Source: the human T2T-CHM13v2.0 reference genome, Homo sapiens. Taken from it: a stretch of DNA of 64,000 nucleotides. The notes under the pieces were generated by a model. It made no database searches. It saw only the letters and a program-made list of their open reading frames with translations, and had not been told where the DNA came from. Each line of letters opens with the position of its first letter. The stretch's first letter is position 1. This document shows positions 11,290 through 27,714 of this stretch, piece after piece. The DNA is taken from contig CP068257.2 of NCBI GenBank assembly GCA_009914755.4, positions 11,744,001 through 11,808,000 of the forward strand, written 5' to 3'. The position numbers were made by a program, and so were the translations under genes.

Positions 11290-12250
11290 ACCTGTAGGGG
11301 ATCGGACAAAGTGGTTAAAAAAATTATAAAGATAGTTATAGGAAATAGACACAAACCTTCTTGGAAGGCCGGGGGGTTGCATAGCTTCAGTAAATGATTT
11401 GGCTGAAAACAGCCTAATCTTCTTTACTTTGAGTTGGTAGCAATAGAGCAAATATCTAGGGAATGTGGAGGAGTTTATCTAAATACCTTGTTTACTCACG
11501 TGGTCCTAAGACAAAAGTTTGATCATCCGAGGGTGCATGATTGCTTTGTACTGGGGGTTGGCAATCTTAATTACCCTCTAGTGATGTTTACTCAACAGCT
11601 TTGTCATTTAATCTGTATTAAATAAATGCGAACTTTACAGGCTTATCGAGGCCAACAATGCAGACTCAGGCAGCAGAACCCCTTAGCTGCACTGACAGGC
11701 AAAATATCTGTTTCAGTATACGTCTCTCATCCATCACTTAGGTCAGTGTCCATAGGATGGACCCGGCAGGTGGCAAGACAAACGATGCAAAAGGATCGTG
11801 ATGGACCCCTCAAAAATGAAGGTGAAAAGAACTGCGCAGGCAGCGAGTAAGTCATTGGTGCCTGCTCAGGATTTCCAAGTTTGGGGGAAATTGTTCAGGC
11901 AAGAGTTTCATCATGGGACAACAATTATCAGCACAAAAGAAACAGTATATAAAAGTATTGAAAAAGCTGCTTAAAGCTAGTGCAGCCTTGGTATCGCGGT
12001 CCCTCAATTAAGGGACACAGTGCAAACTGTTGTATTCCACCACCCATGGTTATGGAATTCCAAATTCACCTTACCAAATGGATTTTAGACAAAGTTTTAT
12101 TGGAGTACAATCACGCCTATTTCTTCACATGGTATCTATGACTGCTTTCATGCTACAATGGTAGAGTTGAAAAGCTGTGATAGAGACCACATCACCTAAC
12201 ATATTTCCTGTTTGGCACTTTACAGGAAAAGTTTGCCAGTGCCTGGTTTA
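11290..12250 (-). mobile_element. Possible ancient LTR/ERV-derived repeat (family not identified), CpG-retaining
   Basis: The reverse complement of 'gatagagaccacatcacctaacatatttcctgtttggcactttacaggaaaagtttgccagtgcctg' and of 'ttattggagtacaatcacgcctatttcttcacatggtatctatgactgctttcatgctacaatggtagagttgaaaagctgtg' resembles a well-known interspersed-repeat consensus motif ('...ccaataaaactttatttacaaaaacagg...ctttacagaaaaagtttgccgacccctg'). Family assignment is uncertain. Confidence 0.3.
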
Positions 12251-12507
12251 TACCATGACCAGAATGCTCTGATACTTAAATCTAATCTTGGGACTCCCCT
12301 GCTCAAACAATTCCAATGAATCCATGCAGAAAACATTGCTGGCTGCCAATGCATAGAAATTATTTTTCTTTCTTACAGCAGAAACACAAGTTTATTTACA
12401 TATTTATTATTCCTTTACTCCCATCTCATCTACAAAATGAGAAATCATTATTCTAAGCTAATCACAGTAAGAACATTTGCTTTTCTAGTGACTGGTTTAC
12501 AAATGAG

Positions 12508-12630
12508 TATTTGTACTCAGAGGCTGATGGAGGAGAATCACTTGAGTCCAGGAGGCAGAGAGGGTAGTGAGGTAAGATCACACCGTTGCACTCCAGCCTG
12601 GGCAAAAGAGGGAAACTCCATCTCCAAAAA
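12508..12630 (+). mobile_element. Alu fragment (right monomer)
   Basis: 'ttgtactcagaggctgatggaggagaatcacttgagtccaggaggcagagagggtagtgaggtaagatcacaccgttgcactccagcctgggcaaaagagggaaactccatctccaaaaa'. Confidence 0.8.
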
Positions 12631-12998
12631 CACAAATATTTAAAATGCATTCCAGTATTTTAAATATTTTCGTTTTAATTTCTAATATTAGTTGAAGCAG
12701 TAAATACTCCCACTTCAATAAAAGCTCTCTGATATAAGCTATCATTTGATGTTGACTTTTAGTGGCTATGAAAGACAGCCTAATTAAATGTGTTTTAGAG
12801 TTAAAATCACAAACTATGAAGCCTGAAATCAAAGCGGAGCTAACTGTATTGAGTACACCTAAAATATAAGATAAGCAAAAAAAAAGGAAGTTCCAAAATA
12901 ATATGTACAGTGTACAACTATTTATTGAAAATTTAAGACATGAAAACAAATTCTACACATAGTCTAGAACCACACACATATGTTGTGAATTTCTGGGG

Positions 12999-13303
<305 letters not shown>

Positions 13304-13488
13304 TGTTGTAACATGTTTTAAACATGCATGGGAATGACAACAAAAACTAATTCAGGCTGTTTTGTACCTCTAGGAAATTAATTACAGTAGCATAAAAAGA
13401 TACTAAGGCCAAATGCTTTAGAGTTACGCTTCTAAAACACCGTGTCTAGCAAAGAGTCATCAAGTAAAGATTTTTAAAAATTATAAGT

Positions 13489-13506
13489 CACACACACACA
13501 CACACT
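13489..13506. repeat. (CA)n microsatellite, short; longer in copy B
   Basis: 'tcacacacacacacacactc'. Confidence 0.85.
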
Positions 13507-14873
13507 CAATCACCTAATCAGAAAAACAAGAAACCGATTTTCTTTAGATTCTCAGAGTGACAACACTCACAACTGTCATGTCAGCAAGTGAAACTTTCCT
13601 CAAAGTAAAGATCAGAATTCCAATCAGCATTTGAACCACTGCAAATATTTCACAGGGTCAAAATTCACCTGCCTCAAAACCGAGCATGTATAGAAATTGC
13701 AAATTGGAAACTTTATAGTATCAGGATATTAAAGAAGAACCACATGAGGTACAGTAGAATTTTTTTTAAATCTCTAAATCTTACGCTTGTAAATGGCATT
13801 TTCTCAAACATGAATACTAACATTGGTATTATTTGTGTCAAATTTCCCCATCCAATTTTGAAAAGAAAACAACATTGGGAATAAAAAGGCTCTTGGCACT
13901 TCAAATATTTTAATGTTCTTAATTCCACAGTAAAATTAAAATTACAAAATTTACCTGCTTTGAATGTTTCTCTGTCCTTCAATTCTAAGGCTTTATTTGG
14001 AAGAGAAATTTTCATTCCACAGGTAGGCTAAATGGGTTTGGAAACACAATAATTACTATATAATGTATACTTCATAAAATAAGTAGTTAATATTCAAGAT
14101 AAAAATATAAAAGTTATTACCTTCAGAAGACCATCTTTATCAGGAGAGTCTAAAAGAAAAGGGACATATATAATTGATTATACGCAAGCCTGTCAAAGTC
14201 TACCAAACATTCATGCAGTGTGAATATGAAGATGAATCCTCACGCTTGGATTGAAAAGGGGTTACACTAGGTTTTGGGGTCTTTTGGGTTATTGTGTTTG
14301 TTAACATGCCAGCGTGACAGAAATATACCTAAGAAAATTTAAAAAATAAATTTCCTCAAACATGCTGTGAAGATTTCAACAGTCAAAATATATTTCAAGT
14401 GACATTAACTAAAGCAGAAAATCCTAATACCAGTAAGAGTAAGCTGTCACATAAGGAAAGAGGTTGAATTTAGTAAGATGACCAAGACATGACCCCTCCA
14501 CCAAAAATAAATAAATAAATGTCCAAGCTAATGGTAGAATGCTATGACATATTATTAAAGAAACACATCAGAATCACTTATGTCAATATACTACAAGTAG
14601 CTATTATGTTCTTCAATTTGTCCTGTAATTTAAGAATTGCAAAGCTCCGATGAGAATTCAAAGGTACAATTTACTTATCATTGCAGAGAATGTTCTAAAT
14701 TCATCAGCATAAATACTACTTATAGAATAAAAGTTTATAAATATATTTATTTTTGAACCTCTGTGAAATACGAGTATTTTTACATTTCTGGGGTTCTCTA
14801 GTTTAGTCTTCTTAAAATTTCGTGATCCACTTATACAGAAAAGTCAAAGCATACCCATCAACAAACTAATACA

Positions 14874-18260
<3,387 letters not shown>

Positions 18261-19547
18261 AAAAGAAAAAACACCTAATATGAAAGTATCAAAAATTAGA
18301 AGTCAATTTCCAGAGAATTTTTATATATCATTAACCTGCATATTTCAATGTTGGAATAATGGTTACTGAAAATAACAGTTTTATTATTTTGTTGCTAAAA
18401 CTAATTCTATTTGTTATACCATGCGAGTAGTTAAAACACTGTTATGAAAAAGCTCTTACAAAAAACTTAGCTTCAAGAAAAAACAGACATTTCTTTGACA
18501 TAGAAATATATCTTCTTTCATCAAATAATATGAATAAAACATGCTTAATCTCTCATTTTTCTCTACTTTTTTATTTTTCAGTACAACATACTTTAATATA
18601 TTTAGACATATCAAGTATATATGCTGTTTCCCTTGAGAGATGATTGATCAATAATGAAGACACTTCAGGGATATAAACTCTCTAAAACACAAAAAATGTA
18701 TGTCCAAGCATTTTAAGGCTAAATACATGACCGTATTGCAGGTAGGTGTTTTAGAAAAAAAGTGCTTAAAAGTGTATTCAACACACTTTAAATAAAAACC
18801 TGCCTTAATTACGATGAGAAGGTCATTCTCGATTCATTAATATCTTTAAACTTTACTTCTGAAGCACTGAAGAAACCTCAGAATTTCATATATAAGAAAT
18901 GATACCATTAATACATCTGTTTGTTTTAGGTAAAAATATGATAAATGTACATCCTCACTAAGTGCAAAGAAAGCAGAGTGTCATGTGATATGAAATGAAT
19001 ATGTAACCGAAATATTTTCCTTTATGAAGAAAATAGCTGGCTTTGACCTTTCTAAGACAAGATAAAAAAGCAAAACATGCAGAGATGAAACATTCAGAGC
19101 TATCTCATCATCAACGAACCGTTTATCACTTGGCATTTAGGAATCCTATGTATGGTTGAAAACTCTGGTTCTAAATTGTGATCTGATTACCCCTGAAGTT
19201 CAAAATCCATGCAGAGGAAGGAAGCAGGGGAATACTACCTTCGTTATTTTTTTATTACTTTTATTTTTATAAAGGTGTACACTGGAGTTTTTTAGAGTCA
19301 GGACAGGTCACATGGCATGGCTCTAAAGATTAGTGAGCCACATTTGTAATGGCTATTGAAATGTATGGCTGTGAATCCTTGCATTTTAAGTACTTCACTT
19401 TTAATTTCTAATGTAGCGTGAAGTAAGACATACACTTAAACAAAGCCTTGTTGACATCTGTAATTATATTTATGTTGCTTTTGAGTCATCATGAAGAGAG
19501 TCTAATTAAACGTAGTGCAAAGTAAAAATGCACAGTCAGAAATGTTT

Positions 19548-20012
19548 TCTTTATTTTTTTATTTTAATATTATTATACTTTAAGTTTGAGGGTACATGTG
19601 CACAATGTGCAGGTTTGTTACATATGTATACATGTGCCATGTTGGTGTGCTGCACCCATTAACTCGTCATTTAGCATTAGGTATATCTCCTAATGCTATC
19701 CCTCCTCCAACCCCACAACAGTCCCTGGAGTGTGATGTTCCGCTTCCTGTGTCCATGTGTTCTCATTGTTCAATTCACACCTATGAGTGAGAACGCACAG
19801 TGTTTGGTTTTTTGTCCTTGCGATAGTTTGCTGAGAATGATGGTTTCCAGTTTCATCCATGTCCCTACAAAGGACATGAACTTATCATTTTTTATGGCTG
19901 CGTAGTGTTCCATGGTGTATATGTGCCATACTTTCTTAATCCAGTCTAGCGTTGTTGGACATTTGGTTTGGTTCCAAGTCTTTGCTATTGTGAATAGTGC
20001 CACAATAAATAA
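19548..20012 (-). mobile_element. LINE-1 3'-end fragment (L1PA-type), antisense
   Basis: 'ttttattttaatattattatactttaagtttgagggtacatgtgcacaatgtgcaggtttgttacatatgtatacatgtgccatgttggtgtgctgcacccattaactcgtcatttagcattaggtatatctcctaatgc...' is the reverse complement of the L1 3' UTR and ORF2 end. Confidence 0.88.
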
Positions 20013-20015
20013 ATT

Positions 20016-20306
20016 CTTTTTTTTTTTCACAGAGTCTGGCCCTGTCACCCAGGGTGGAGTGTAGGTGCACGATCTTGGCTCACTGCAATCTCTGCCTCAT
20101 GGGTTCTCACATTCTCCTGCCTCAGCCTCCCGAGTAGCTAGGACTAGAGGCACCCACCACCATGCTTGGCTAATTTTTTGTATTTTTTCATAGAGACGCG
20201 GTTTCACCATGTTAGCCAGGATGGTTTCGATCTGCTGACCTCGTGATCTGCATGCCTCTGCCTCCCAAAGGGCTGGGATTACAGGCGTGAACCACAGCGC
20301 CCGGCC
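20016..20306 (-). mobile_element. Alu (antisense), abutting and truncating the L1 fragment
   Basis: Poly-T then 'cacagagtctggccctgtcacccagggtggagtgtaggtgcacgatcttggctcactgc...gggattacaggcgtgaaccacagcgcccggcc'. Confidence 0.9.
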
Positions 20307-21088
20307 TGAAATCTTGAAATAAATGAAAAACGAGCTAATCGCTGAACAAAAAAATAAAAAATCGCTGTTGAATGACAAGAACATTCTACAAACATTTATA
20401 TGTGGTTTTTGCAAAAAGTGTTAATGCCAATGTGTATATGCTGAGTGATGAGGAGATAAGTGATCTTGAATCAGAGGAGCAACTCGTGACACTGAGAAAA
20501 TAAATGCAAAAGCTGAACGTAGAATGCTACACCATGTGTCTTTAATGCAACACATTATAATAATTTATATCATTACATTACAAACATTCATCATGTTCTT
20601 TAATACGTCCTGTCACTGAGAAGGTAAAAAGTTTGGAGGAGAGTTCAGCTGAATGTAGAACTGACATCTCAGCAGTGAAAGTGTTATGAATTGATCAGCT
20701 TGGATAAATACTTAGAGAATAATACTAAATATAAATATCCACTAATTTTCATACCCATATGGTATAACGGTATGCCAACATTTTTGTAATTTGTAGCTTA
20801 GCCATCTCAATATTCCTTGATCCACTCATGGAGGAAGATGTACAAAACTCATCAGGAATAGCAAATATAATAAGCTTTCAATATTGATATATTTGTTTTA
20901 AATTTAGTTGCAACAGACTTATTAAATATTAATAACATTTTCTATGTTAAAATCAGTACAATACCTATGAATAAGAACAATTTAGGTATTCAAGCAATAA
21001 ATTCAGAATTTTCTTTCTTCTTCTCTGGCTAAAAACATACTCAAAAGTAAGAGCAACATAACGCTTTCTCCTAACCTTTTCTGTCTTG

Positions 21089-21202
21089 ACCCGTTATCCA
21101 ATTACTCTTCTTCCACATTTCTCCCATGAAAGGCCTCTCCTCTTGACCCTCTATCCAATTACTCTTTTTCCACATTTTTCCCATGAAAGGACTCTCCTCT
21201 TG
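21089..21202. repeat. Tandem duplication, 2 x 57 bp
   Basis: 'acccgttatccaattactcttcttccacatttctcccatgaaaggcctctcctcttg' followed by 'accctctatccaattactctttttccacatttttcccatgaaaggactctcctcttg', about 5 mismatches. Confidence 0.9.
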
Positions 21203-24200
21203 CTACTCGGTCTGAGGTCCAAGGACCACCAGCATCAGCATCGCCTGACAACTTACTAAAAATGCAGAATCCCTAGTCGGCTGAATCACAGTGTGAATTA
21301 TTAACAAGGTTTTCAGATGATTTTCTAAAGTTTGAAAACTTATGGTCTATACGGAGTGTATATGACGAATTATATACATGTGTGGCCGTGCATATATGCT
21401 TATTCTCAACTATTGCAAATAGAACACAGCTCTCCATGGTCAGCTGCTTCCATCCCTAATGGCTTCCCACCAGTGAGAAAGACAGGAAGAGTCAGAATAT
21501 TTTTGCTGTAATTCTCTGGTATGTTTTGGCACTAGAAAGTCACTTTATATTCTTCCCAAATTTCTAACCATACCCGATCTTTTCCTAAAGAATCATTTCA
21601 TTTTACCATCCTCCATTATATAAACCTGCCTCTTGTTCCTTCCCGTCCTCTCTGTACTCTGTCTTTCTCGATCTTCATTTCCTCTTTTACTACTTTCTCC
21701 TTTCTTATTTTCTCATTTTCCTCAGCTCTTGGAATACCTTGAATTCAAACTAATAATTCAGTTCCTTTCCAGCACTCTCAATGTAGTCTGCTGCCAACAC
21801 ATGATAAGACGTATAACTTATCACCATTTCACTTCTCTTTTTTTCCATGCTTTGCATTCAGGAGGTAATTTTCTTCAGCTATTAGGGGATATCCCTCCTC
21901 ATCAGTTCAGAGAAACATTTGGTCAAATGACTTTTTAAATAAAATATGGTTCTTACCTTCTAATTTTCCACTTAAGGTATCAAATTCTTTTTGATGTGTA
22001 GCCTTGGGTAAACACACATCATTCTGTAAGAGAGTCTCAAGGAAACTCTGTTAAAAGTAGTATCAATAAATAATTTCAATGGAGAAATCCCAATAATGAA
22101 GAGTATCAAAAGTTCCTACTTAAAATCTTTTCTAAAAACACAGTTTCCTACTTTACAAACAATTCGACTTAAGAGCAGACATGTGTTGAAACCCAAAACA
22201 TTCTGATAGAAAACCTCACATAACACTCTCCACATCAACTTACCTTTACGTTCATGAGGCTATTAACTTGGTTACTGAGCAGGAAAAACAAATCACACTC
22301 ACGAAAGAATTCACTCGTGCATATTTCAGAAAGTAACTCTCTTAAAAATATCTAACTTGTGTTGTAGTCCTCATTAAAAGTAAATATGCCATTTCAAACA
22401 AAATACAATACACTTGCTACTAGCCATAACACATACTGCATTAAACATTTAAAATATTCATGATCATAGAATTGTTTAGTGTTAAAAATGATGCATGCCG
22501 TGAGGAGAACTTTTAGAGTCTGTCATATAATGCATGCACGGAATGTTTAAAAAGCTGCTTTATTTTGGTAAACAGGGGCTTAAAACAAGCAACATGTTTT
22601 TGACAAAATTTATGCTGATAGAAAAAGTGCTTGAAGAGAATGTAAATGCAGTAAGAAAAGAAATTATGTCATGTCTAAATGAAAGCCAACAAATATTAAA
22701 GTCTTTTTGTCTGACGACAAATCAGATAAAATCTACTTGTCTACTGACTTCCACCCTTTGCTCTTACCACCAGGCAGCAGCTGCTTGTTTCTAAGAGGTC
22801 AGATATTTTCCATGTCTTTCCACAGTTGTGACCTTAAAATACATCACTATTATTTCACGCTCATGCTGCTGCAGCTTGACTGCCTGCCACAAAGGGACTC
22901 GAGGAGTTCTACTTGTGAAAATAATTTATATTTTTCAAAAGATTACTCAACCAATACTCTTGTTACTGTAGTCCCACAAGGTTTCCTAGTCCTCATGCTC
23001 CTCTTTCTCCTGAAATGTTCCCTCAGATCTATACTGAACAATACAGAAATGTCAATATATTCAAGTCCCAGGCATTAACTTTTCAGGTCCCAACTTTTAC
23101 AATACTGCAGTTTAAACTGTCTCTCTATGAATCCAGTTAGAACTTTTGCACATCTAGATACACCACAGAATCATAAATTTGCCCACAGCTGGACTCAGTG
23201 TAATTCTTTCGCTTTTAGACAAACTTGCTTCAGATCCCATGTGAATTTCTAGTGACTTCTAAGCCTTATTTTTTACACTATACCACACCGGCTTCTTAAA
23301 TTAAGCCTACAAATTAGCAGAATTTCACTATGAAGCAGTCATCTATTAAGCGTATTCTGAAAAATATCGAAAATAATTTGGGAGTGACATATGCAGAGGT
23401 GAGAAAATAAAGTCTAAGCCTCTGCTTTTATGTTTTTGTATCATGCAATACTAGTATTAAAGAAAATTAATAATACACAGTACCTCAAAATCCCAAGAAT
23501 GTTCTTCATCGTCCTATTGCTTGGATTCTGATTGGAACATCTGAGCTATAAAAGGTTAATCACAGATACATTCATGAGAACATTTCTCTACTATAAACTT
23601 TAAAAACATATATAAATCTACTTTCATTCACGAATCTGCGGTTATTCCTCTGTAGCCCGTATATTCTTTTTGTTGATTACAATCACTACTTCTATAGTCA
23701 ATCCGTTAGAATTGAAATCTAAAAAAATCGGAAAATTAACATTATATCATTCGTTAGAATGCAGAAAAATAGAAATTTGACGAACTCCTAGAATTATTTC
23801 TTCACAAAGCAGTCATATCCTCTTCTCCCGTGAAACACAGTGTGTCCTATACTTGCTGTTCATTCAGAAAACTTTAATTACCTATCATCTCTCACTTCTT
23901 TGTAAATTTTTATTTTCTAGTATTACTTAGTTTGATTGACTCTGCAATCTCTATTACACAGTTCTTCAAAAAAGATGATTTATCAACGAACAAGATTTTT
24001 TAGGGATATTAACTTTCTGATGTTAGTAAACTATATGTCCAACACTTTTACATTTCAATATGCCATGACAGTATATTGGGTGTGCTTTGGGTGTCTATAT
24101 GTTTTAGGAAGATAAGCTTAAAAAACTTTTATTGCATATAAATTAAGAAGTGCTTTAATTACAATGACATAGTTCTTCCCTAACTCAACAATGTCTTCAG

Positions 24201-25146
24201 AGTCAGCTTGTGACAACTAGGAGAAACATCAGAAATGTATAGGAAAAAATAATTGCCCTAAGTAATCTCACATCCCCACATGTTATAGGATAAAATCAAG
24301 GCCCACACAAGACTTGAGGAGCTCTCAGGCCAATGAGACAGAAAATGAATTTATACCAAAAATAACGTTCAGCTTTCTTTATCAACCAAAAGTACACATT
24401 ACAACTATTTGAATCAGGTTAAAGAAAAAAGCAAACATGCACAACTAAAGCCTAAAAGACTGTATCATCGTTAAAGGTACGTTTATCATTTGACATCCAT
24501 CAACTGTGTATCTGATTTTTAAAAGTAAATTTAACGTGTGATCTCAGCATCCCTAAAGTTCACATTTCATGCAGAGGGACCAAGAAACTAAAATCATACT
24601 TTGGTATGCCACCATTTTCACTCATGTTTAGAAGTGTACCCTGGATCGTTTCAGAGATCTAATGTGTTGCGGTACCATAGCTCTAATAATCTGTGGGTCG
24701 CAGTTCAAATTGTTAGTGGAATGTATGATTGCACAAGGAGATACTTTAAATATTTTAGTTTTACTTTCTCACAACTAAAAAGTCAGTACATATAACTAAC
24801 TTAAAGACTCTGAAATTTTCATGTTTTCATTTTTATTCATTATTTATCAGCATAATAATTATGTACTTAATGGAATTTTATAAACAATCTGATATTTAAA
24901 AAGACAGTTAATTGTGTCCTTTATGGACGTCTCTAAAAATTATAATGCTGATCAAAACAGAATGTTGCCAAAAATTACACTGTACAACCATGTATGCATT
25001 AGAAGTTGAAAAAAATTTTACATATTAAATATGACCACGTACACATGTTGGAAAATGTTTAAACATGCATAAGAATACTTTAAAAAAGTAGTTTAGAATA
25101 TCGGTTACTTCTAGGCAATAAATGGTACTAGTGTAAAAAGACTCTG

Positions 25147-25461
25147 GGCCGGGCGCGGTGGCTCACGCCTCTAATCCCAGCACTTTAGGAGGCCGAGGTG
25201 GGTGGATTACAAGGTCAGCAGGTCGAGACCATCCTGGCTAACATGGTGAAACCCCGTTTCTACTAAAAATACAAAGAATGAGCCAGGCGTTGTGGTGGGC
25301 GCCTGGATTCCCAGCTACTTGGGAGGCCCAGGCAGGAGAATGGCGTGAACCCGGGAGGTGGAGCTTGCAGTGAGCCAAGATCACACCACTGCTCTCCAGC
25401 CTGGGCAAGACAATGAGACGGGCGAGACAGCAAGACGCCATATCAAAATTTAAAAAAAAAA
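25147..25461 (+). mobile_element. Alu, full length, sitting exactly at the 5' boundary of duplication copy B
   Basis: 'ggccgggcgcggtggctcacgcctctaatcccagcactttaggaggccgaggtgggtggattacaaggtcagcaggtcgagaccatcctggctaacatggtgaaaccccgtttc...' then poly-A. Confidence 0.9.
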
Positions 25462-25528
25462 GAAAATTTAAGACGTGAAAACAAACTCTACACATAGTCA
25501 GAACCACACACATATCTTGTGAATTTAT

Positions 25529-25825
25529 GGTTGTTTGTTTGCTTTTTGAGATGGAGTCTCACTCTGTCACTCAGGCTAAAGTGGCACAAGCTTGGCTCAC
25601 TGCAACTTCTGCCTCATGGGTTCAAGTGATTCTCCTGCCTCAGCCTCCAGAGTAGCTGAGATTACGGGCACCCACCACCACAACCGGCTATTGTATGTTA
25701 TTTTCAGTAGCGATGGGGTTTCACTGTGTTGACCAGGCTCGTCTGCGACTCCTGACCTTAAGTAATCTGCCCACCTTGGTCTCCTAAATTGCCAGGATTA
25801 CAGGCATGTGCCGCCGTGCACAGCC
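25529..25825 (-). mobile_element. Alu (antisense), orthologous to 12999-13303
   Basis: 'ttgtttgtttgctttttgagatggagtctcactctgtcactcaggctaaagtggcacaagcttggctcactgcaac...caggcatgtgccgccgtgcacagcc'. Confidence 0.9.
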
Positions 25826-26010
25826 TGTTGTAACATGATTTAAACATGCATGGGAATGACAACAAAAATTAATTCAGGCTGTTTTGTACCTCTAGGCAAT
25901 TAATTACAGTAGCATAAAAAGACACCAAGGCCAAAAGCTTTAGAGTCACACTTCTAAAACAGTGTGTCTAGCAAAGAGTCATCAAGTAGTGATTTTTAAA
26001 AATTATATGT

Positions 26011-26039
<29 letters not shown>
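26011..26039. repeat. (CA)n microsatellite, longer than in copy A
   Basis: 'cacacacacacacacacacacacacacac'. Confidence 0.9.
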
Positions 26040-26041
<2 letters not shown>

Positions 26042-26275
26042 TCAGTCACCTAATCAGAAAAACAAGAAACTGATTTTCTTTAGATTCTCAGAGTGACAAC
26101 ACTCACAACTGTCATGTCAGCAAGTGAAACTTTCCTCAAAGTAAAGATCAGAATTCCAATCAGCATTTGAACCACTGAAAATATTTCACAGTTTCAAAAT
26201 TCACCTGCCTTAAAACCGAGCACGTACAGAAATTGCAAATTGGAAACTTTACACTATCGGGATATTAAAGAAGAA

Positions 26276-26846
26276 CCACATGACGTAAAGCAGAATTTTT
26301 TTCTAAATCCCTAATTCTTATGCTTCTAAATGGCATTTTCTCAAACATAAATACTAACATTGGCATTATTTGTATCAAGTTTTCCCATCAAATTTTCTAA
26401 AGAAAACAACATTGGGAATAAAAGGCTCTCAGCATTTCAAATAGTTTAATATTCTTAATTCCAGAGTAAAATTTGAATTACAAAGTTTACCTGCTTTGAA
26501 TGTTTCTCTGTCCTTTAATTCTAAGGCTTTATTTGGAAGAGAAACTTTCCTTCCACAGGTAGGCTAAATGGGTTTGGAAACACAAAAATTAATAGATAAT
26601 GTATACTTCATAAAATATGTAGGTAATAATCAAGATAAAAATATAAAAGTTATTACCTTCAGAAGACCATCTTTATCAGGAGACTCTAAAAGAAAAGGGA
26701 CATATATAATTGATTATATGCAAGCCTGACAAAGCCTACCAAACGTTCATACAGTGTGAATATGAAGATGAATCCTCATGCTTTGATTGAAAAGGGATTA
26801 CACTAGGTTTTGGGGTCTTTTGGGTTATTGTATTTGTTAACATGTC
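26276..26846 (+). repeat. Direct repeat unit 1 (~570 bp) flanking the copy-B-specific insert
   Basis: 'ccacatgacgtaaagcagaatttttttctaaatccctaattcttatgcttctaaatggcattttctcaaacataaatac...ggttttggggtcttttgggttattgtatttgttaacatg'. Matches unit 2 (27715-28283) and the single unit in copy A (~13743-14300). Confidence 0.85.
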
Positions 26847-26851
26847 AACTG

Positions 26852-27714
26852 TAGGATGACTCCCTGAAACTATTGCTATGGAATGAAAGATGCAATGCTC
26901 CTGATTATTGTAAATACAAAATTGCATGCAGGATTGTGTAAAGACAATGCCAGGTTGGACTGCCAGAATGAGCCAACAGCACATGATGTGTTTCCCCCTG
27001 CAGAGAGCCTGTGAATGGATGTGCAGTCAGGGAGGTTTTACATCACCAAGATTCCTATCCCAGAAACGCATATGTTCATAGCTCTGGGAATGGAATGCCA
27101 CCCTTGTGGAGAGCCTATAAACAGATGCATGGGGGGCGCCTGTCCATATGGATAAGATAGTGCTGTGAACGCCCTCATCTTGCCACGGCTCTTCTAGGCC
27201 TCTTTAGGGTTAAGGCATACTCCTGAGAATTTCTGGTCTAACCAGTTGTCTAGCTTCACATCCTGTTTCTATGGATTGTTTCTAACCAGCTTTTGCTGCA
27301 ACTGTTACTGCTGATTAATATCTTGCTAATCATAGGTTATAGAAAGACTGTGTTTCTTTTTTAAGGCTCTGTTAGAAATTACCGATGCACACACTATATT
27401 GTAAATTCTTATCCCTGTGTACTGTATTTAGCTAACATACAGATGTTAGCTAAAGAATTACTTCACCCCCATGTGACCATCTCACCTCATAATCAAATGA
27501 TCCTAAATCCCTCATTAACCCACCCCCACCCTCACTAAACTTAATAGTAAATGCGGGTATATCCAGTGAATTGTTGGCACCACGGGAACACAAGGCTGTG
27601 ATTCCCCTGGACCCAGCTTTCACTATCTTGTCTGTGTCTATTATTTCTCAACCTGCCGATCCACCTGGGAACAAAGACAAGGCCCCATTGCACTGCAGGC
27701 TGCTGGACAGATAT
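26852..27714. mobile_element. Copy-B-specific ~865-bp insert, LTR-like (begins TG, ends CA, internal enhancer-like repeats, TATA-like 'tataaacag')
   Basis: 'tgtaggatgactccctgaaactattgc...cctgcagagagcctgtgaatggatg...cttgtggagagcctataaacagatgcatgggggg...cactaaacttaatagtaaatgcgggtatatccag...ctgcaggctgctggacagatatcca'. Absent from copy A. Family not identified. Confidence 0.35.

Noticed and set aside
22534-23078. 86-aa and 123-aa + strand ORFs in unique sequence
   Set aside because: No recognisable domain. They are AT-rich with many rare-codon-like stretches and have no splice signals. I cannot support them as exons without transcript evidence.
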